From the NCBI RefSeq assembly GCF_009914755.1, contig NC_060939.1: a DNA stretch of 64,000 nucleotides. One strand, 5' to 3'. This DNA is from the human T2T-CHM13v2.0 reference genome, Homo sapiens. The notes beneath the pieces are model-generated. The model was not told the origin of the DNA and ran no database searches. It saw only the letters and a list, made by a program, of their open reading frames with translations. Shown piece by piece: positions 60,704-64,000 of the stretch; positions within the stretch are counted from its first letter, which is position 1; every line of letters begins with the position of its first letter. Both the position numbers and the translations under genes were made by a program.

Positions 60704-61979
60704 TTACTCTATTATTATTGCTCCAATCTAGACACTGGTCTCCCGGAAGGCAGGCATCCCATCTCCTCTCTGTTCCCCCAGCACTTTCCACAGAGCAGGT
60801 GCTCATATATGACGTTGCCTTCGCTGTCCAGGTGAATTGCACCGGTAATTACCGTGGAGCAGGAAGCCAGCACTTCCGGGCTTGCCAGGCTGTCCTGCTT
60901 GGAGAACCCCTCTGCTTCCACCTCTGCTAACTCCTCCCCTCCACCCTCTCCGCGGTTCTGTATCTGCGGAAACCGGTTCTGCTCAGGTGCTTGGGAGGGA
61001 GACTCCTTTCTCAAGACTTGCGAGGTCACCTTCAGGTGACTGTCCCTCAAATCTCCGCAGCAGCTCCAGGACACACTGTGCCCCGAGTCAGGATTGGATC
61101 AACACACAGGACGCACCTGTGTTATCACTCCACCAGTAGAGCGGCACTCAGTGGTAGTGTAGACAGTCCTAGGGCAGGGCAGCTTCTATAACAAGAGGTT
61201 CCTTAGGGAGCTAGCGGCCGAGTGGAAAGAGCGGGAGGAACGGCTCGGGCAGGCAGGTCCTGTGCTGTGGTCTAAGTCACTTCCCACGTCCGTCCCACTC
61301 TGATCGTCAGTTTCCTCCTCTGCAAAACTCACTAAGGCGGCCTTCGGGCAAGTCATCGCGGCGGGAATTAGATTCGAAAGAGTGCTTACACAAATCCGTC
61401 TGGCCACCCTGTGCCCCGGGCCAGCGCGAGGTGGGGGTGCGGGCAGGGCTCCCGGGCTTGCGGCTGCCACGCCCCTCCCAGCCCGCCGCGCCACACTCAC
61501 GGCCCACGGGCCGACTTTGCGAGCCTCCAGGGGGCGAACCCGACCGCCTTCTTTGCCCGCGCAGCGCCTCGGCCGTCCAGCCTGTGACTTCACCAGCGTC
61601 CCCGGGCCAGCGGGACACCCGAGAGCCCGGGGCGCCGCCCGTTCTCCCAGCCGGCAGGTGCCGGGAGCCAGCCTCGCCCAGCCGCGTGGCGTCCGCAGGC
61701 CCGAAGGGGTTAAGGCCGCGGACCCGGGCGCCCGTCCGGACTCCGGGAGCAGCGGTGCCCGGCGGCCGGCGATCGAGCGGGAGGCTCGGGGCACGGCCGC
61801 TGGCGGGCTGCGCTTCCTCCTCCTCCTCCCTCCGCCTCCTCCTTTGTAGCGAGTTCCCGGCCCCTCTTCCTCCCCCCGCCCCCCAGCCCGGGCCCTCTCC
61901 CTCTCTCCCTTTCTTCCTGCCTCGCCTTCCTGCGGCGAAGGAGGCTCATCTATTATAAATGCACATTCGGGGCTGACAT

Positions 61980-62182
61980 CAGCGACGAGCGGCGGGCGAG
62001 CGCCGACGAGCGGTCCCTGCGCGCTGCCCGCCCGGAGCGCAGCCCCCAGGCTCGGCCGAGCCGCCGGCGGGGCGCGGGGAGCGAGCCGGGAGCTGCCGGA
62101 CCCCCTTCCGCCGCCGCCCCGGGCCGCCGCCGCCGCCCCCGCACGCCGCGCCCGCGCCCCCGCTCCGCCGCGGAGTTTCTGC
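61980..62182 (+). other. CORO2B: GC-rich 5' UTR of CORO2B exon 1 (TSS approximate)
   Basis: Starts ~25-30 nt downstream of TATAAAT; very GC-rich with GCC runs; no ATG before 62183. Confidence 0.7.
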
Positions 62183-62197
62183 ATGACTGTCACAAAG
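62183..62197 (+). CDS. CORO2B: First coding exon segment of coronin-2B (MTVTK); CDS continues beyond the window
   Basis: ATGACTGTCACAAAG followed directly by the consensus donor GTAAGC at 62198, inside a CpG island downstream of a TATA box. MTVTK matches my recollection of the human coronin-2B N-terminus (MTVTKMSWRPQY...). The identification rests on only 5 codons plus context. Confidence 0.85.
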
Positions 62198-64000
62198 GTA
62201 AGCGCCGCTCGCCCGCCGCGCCCGGGACCCGCCGGCGCCTGCATCCCCCGGGCTAGGCTGCGGGGGGCGCGGGGGTGTGGGTGTGGGGAGGGGGCGCCGG
62301 TGCCGGGAAGGTGCGGCGCGCGCCTCTCTTGCTGCCGGATCCGCTCGAGTCACTCCGGCCCCCAAGGACTGCGGAGGCCAGGGGGAGGATGCCGCTCTGG
62401 CAGCCCCGGCGGTTTGGCCAACATCCCTCCGCGCCCGGCCCAACCCCGGGACTGCATTTTTAACCCTTGTTTGGGATGCTGCATTTTTAACCCCTGGAGA
62501 GCTGGGCTGGGCGGCTAGCGGTGTCCCTCCAGGGAGTGCGCGGCGGGAAGCGTCGCTGGCAGGGGCTGGTGCTGAGCAGTGGGTGTGGGGATGGGCCTGC
62601 CGCCCCGAGGAGGCCAGCGGAGGGGAAACCCCACCCCACCTGCCAGCCTCTGCCGCCCATGCCGGGAGCGCTGGCTCCACTCCAAAGCCACTCAGTGCAG
62701 AAGGCGCTGCCCAGTCCCGGGAGCCGCTACCAGAGACAGGGCAGGTCCAGGTGGTTGGCTTGAAGATGTGGGGAGGGAATGTGACAGGGGAAGCAAAGGT
62801 GGGCATCTTGGCAGCCCCCATATTGGAGGATGATTGTTGGGCCTTGTCATAGGGGCCCACGTTTATTGGAGAGACTTCAGGGGCTTCCTAGTTGTAGGGA
62901 GGAAAGAGTTAAGAGGAAAGATGATGGGGCAGTGGAAAGTGCCAGGGTCAAGGGACCAGGGAGACCTGAGTTCAATCCCAGCTCTATCCCAGATCCCCTG
63001 GATGACCTTGGTCGGGGAGGGGTCCACTTTGGGCCTCAGTTTCTTCTTGTGTGCTGTGAGGGTGATAATATGGGTCCTGGGTTGTGACAGGCTGTTAAAG
63101 AACCAATAACATCAAGGGTGTGAACCCACACTCTTCAGAGAGATCTGTCTGGGTACTGAGCTCACAGTCTGGCGGTGGCCTCGGGCTTGGCCGTCCATTC
63201 AAGGGCCAGACTCCACCCTTTCCAGCTGCCCAGCTGGGTCCCAGAATTGGGGAGCTGGAGGCCAAAGTGGGACCGGCAGCCCAGAGTGGGGTCAGATGGA
63301 GGGTTGGGGTGCAAGTGATGGAGGTGGGGTGGTTTTGGCTCCTTCTGGTAAGCCAGGGCCTACCCTTGCCCTCCTGAGGTCTGCCCCAAGACTGAATGTT
63401 TGTGCGGATTCTTGGGCCCAACTCCAAACTTTGCCATTGGCCCTGGTTCTGGGACTTGGGAGCATTGTGAGAAGATGAACTTGAGGGTGCAGGGGCTTCC
63501 TCAGCTCTGGCTACTTCTGGCAGGGCTGTTGTGGCCCACCTGGGGTAAGATGCTTAGGGTTTTGAAATGATGCAAATGCTATTCAGCTGGGAGGGATATT
63601 AAGGTTATTAATGTCAAAGATGCAAGCAGGCTGGGACAGAGGAGTAATGGATGGGCCCGGCTAGAGAGAGAAAGGGTGTGAGGTTTTAATAATAGCGCTG
63701 AGGATTAACTCAGCGCCTCCCCTGTGTCTCTTTTTGTGCGCGAGCTCATGCAGCCTTCCTTCCCTGGAGGCCTGCAAGGAAGGTGTGTTCAGTTCTCTTT
63801 AACAGTGGAAGGAACTGAGGCTCAGAGAGGTGAAATGACTTGCCTGAGGTCACACAGCATGTATGTGGCAGAGCTGGGGTTTGCCCTCAAGTCTGTCTCA
63901 ATCTATGGCCAGTGATCTTTGCACTGCTCTGCATCGTTGGGCATCCTGGCTACTGGGGGACTTCCATGGTAGAGGAGCACTGCTTGGAGACCTGAACCTT
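62198..64000 (+). other. CORO2B: Start of CORO2B intron 1
   Basis: AAG|GTAAGC donor; no coronin-like ORF follows within the window. Confidence 0.8.
63800..63930 (-). mobile_element. MIR (other MIR fragments near 27.1, 33.4, 37.6, 40.6, 41.75, 49.2, 49.95, 51.2, 53.1 and 60.25 kb)
   Basis: gaactgaggctcagagaggtgaaatgacttgcctgaggtcacacagc = reverse MIR core. Confidence 0.85.

Larger units (their letters stand above)
61200..62720. promoter_or_regulatory. CpG island promoter of CORO2B with GC box (~61872-61883) and TATA box (61954-61960)
   Basis: Dense unmutated CpG; CCCCGCCCCC; TATAAAT; CCT/CT pyrimidine tract 61814-61930. Confidence 0.9.

Noticed and set aside
61131-61150. CTCF-like CCAGTAGAGCGGCAC near the promoter
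   Set aside because: An extra base breaks the core spacing.
61186-62860. Long ORFs (352, 293, 191 and 175 aa) over the CORO2B CpG island
   Set aside because: Ala/Gly/Pro/Arg-rich, overlapping in several frames, no recognisable domain; expected from stop-codon scarcity in GC-rich DNA. The 111-aa MTVTKVS... ORF simply reads through the splice donor.
63570-63577. Isolated octamer ATGCAAAT (also ~1215, ~30038, ~44648)
   Set aside because: A few single 8-mers are expected by chance in 64 kb; no supporting context.

Overview
Primate (almost certainly human) genomic DNA, rich in Alu, L1, MIR, L2, MaLR/ERV LTRs and hAT fossils. The only supportable protein-coding sequence is the first exon of CORO2B (coronin-2B) in a CpG island at the right end: TATA box ~61954, then ATG-ACT-GTC-ACA-AAG|GTAAG = MTVTK at 62183-62197. 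The window is therefore ~62 kb of 5' flank plus the start of intron 1. A second CpG island (~41.8-43.05 kb) has strong splice donors and a Sox-Oct/AP-1/TCF motif cluster, suggesting an alternative promoter or enhancer. Bases 2-16 kb are mostly old antisense L1 with nested Alus and an LTR. Structure not explained by standard repeat classes: two ~70-bp insertions apparently copied from templates ~1-1.2 kb away (one inside an Alu, one bracketed by a ~32-bp inverted repeat); a 7x40-bp MIR-derived tandem array repeating an ERR/NR5A site; an old, degenerate ~34-bp-period array split by an LTR; a duplicated Alu tail around (GGAA)13; and an Alu lacking its right arm but keeping its target-site duplications (TSDs). 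Repeat subfamily names and boundaries come from remembered consensus sequences and are approximate. I found no evidence of a new protein-coding system.
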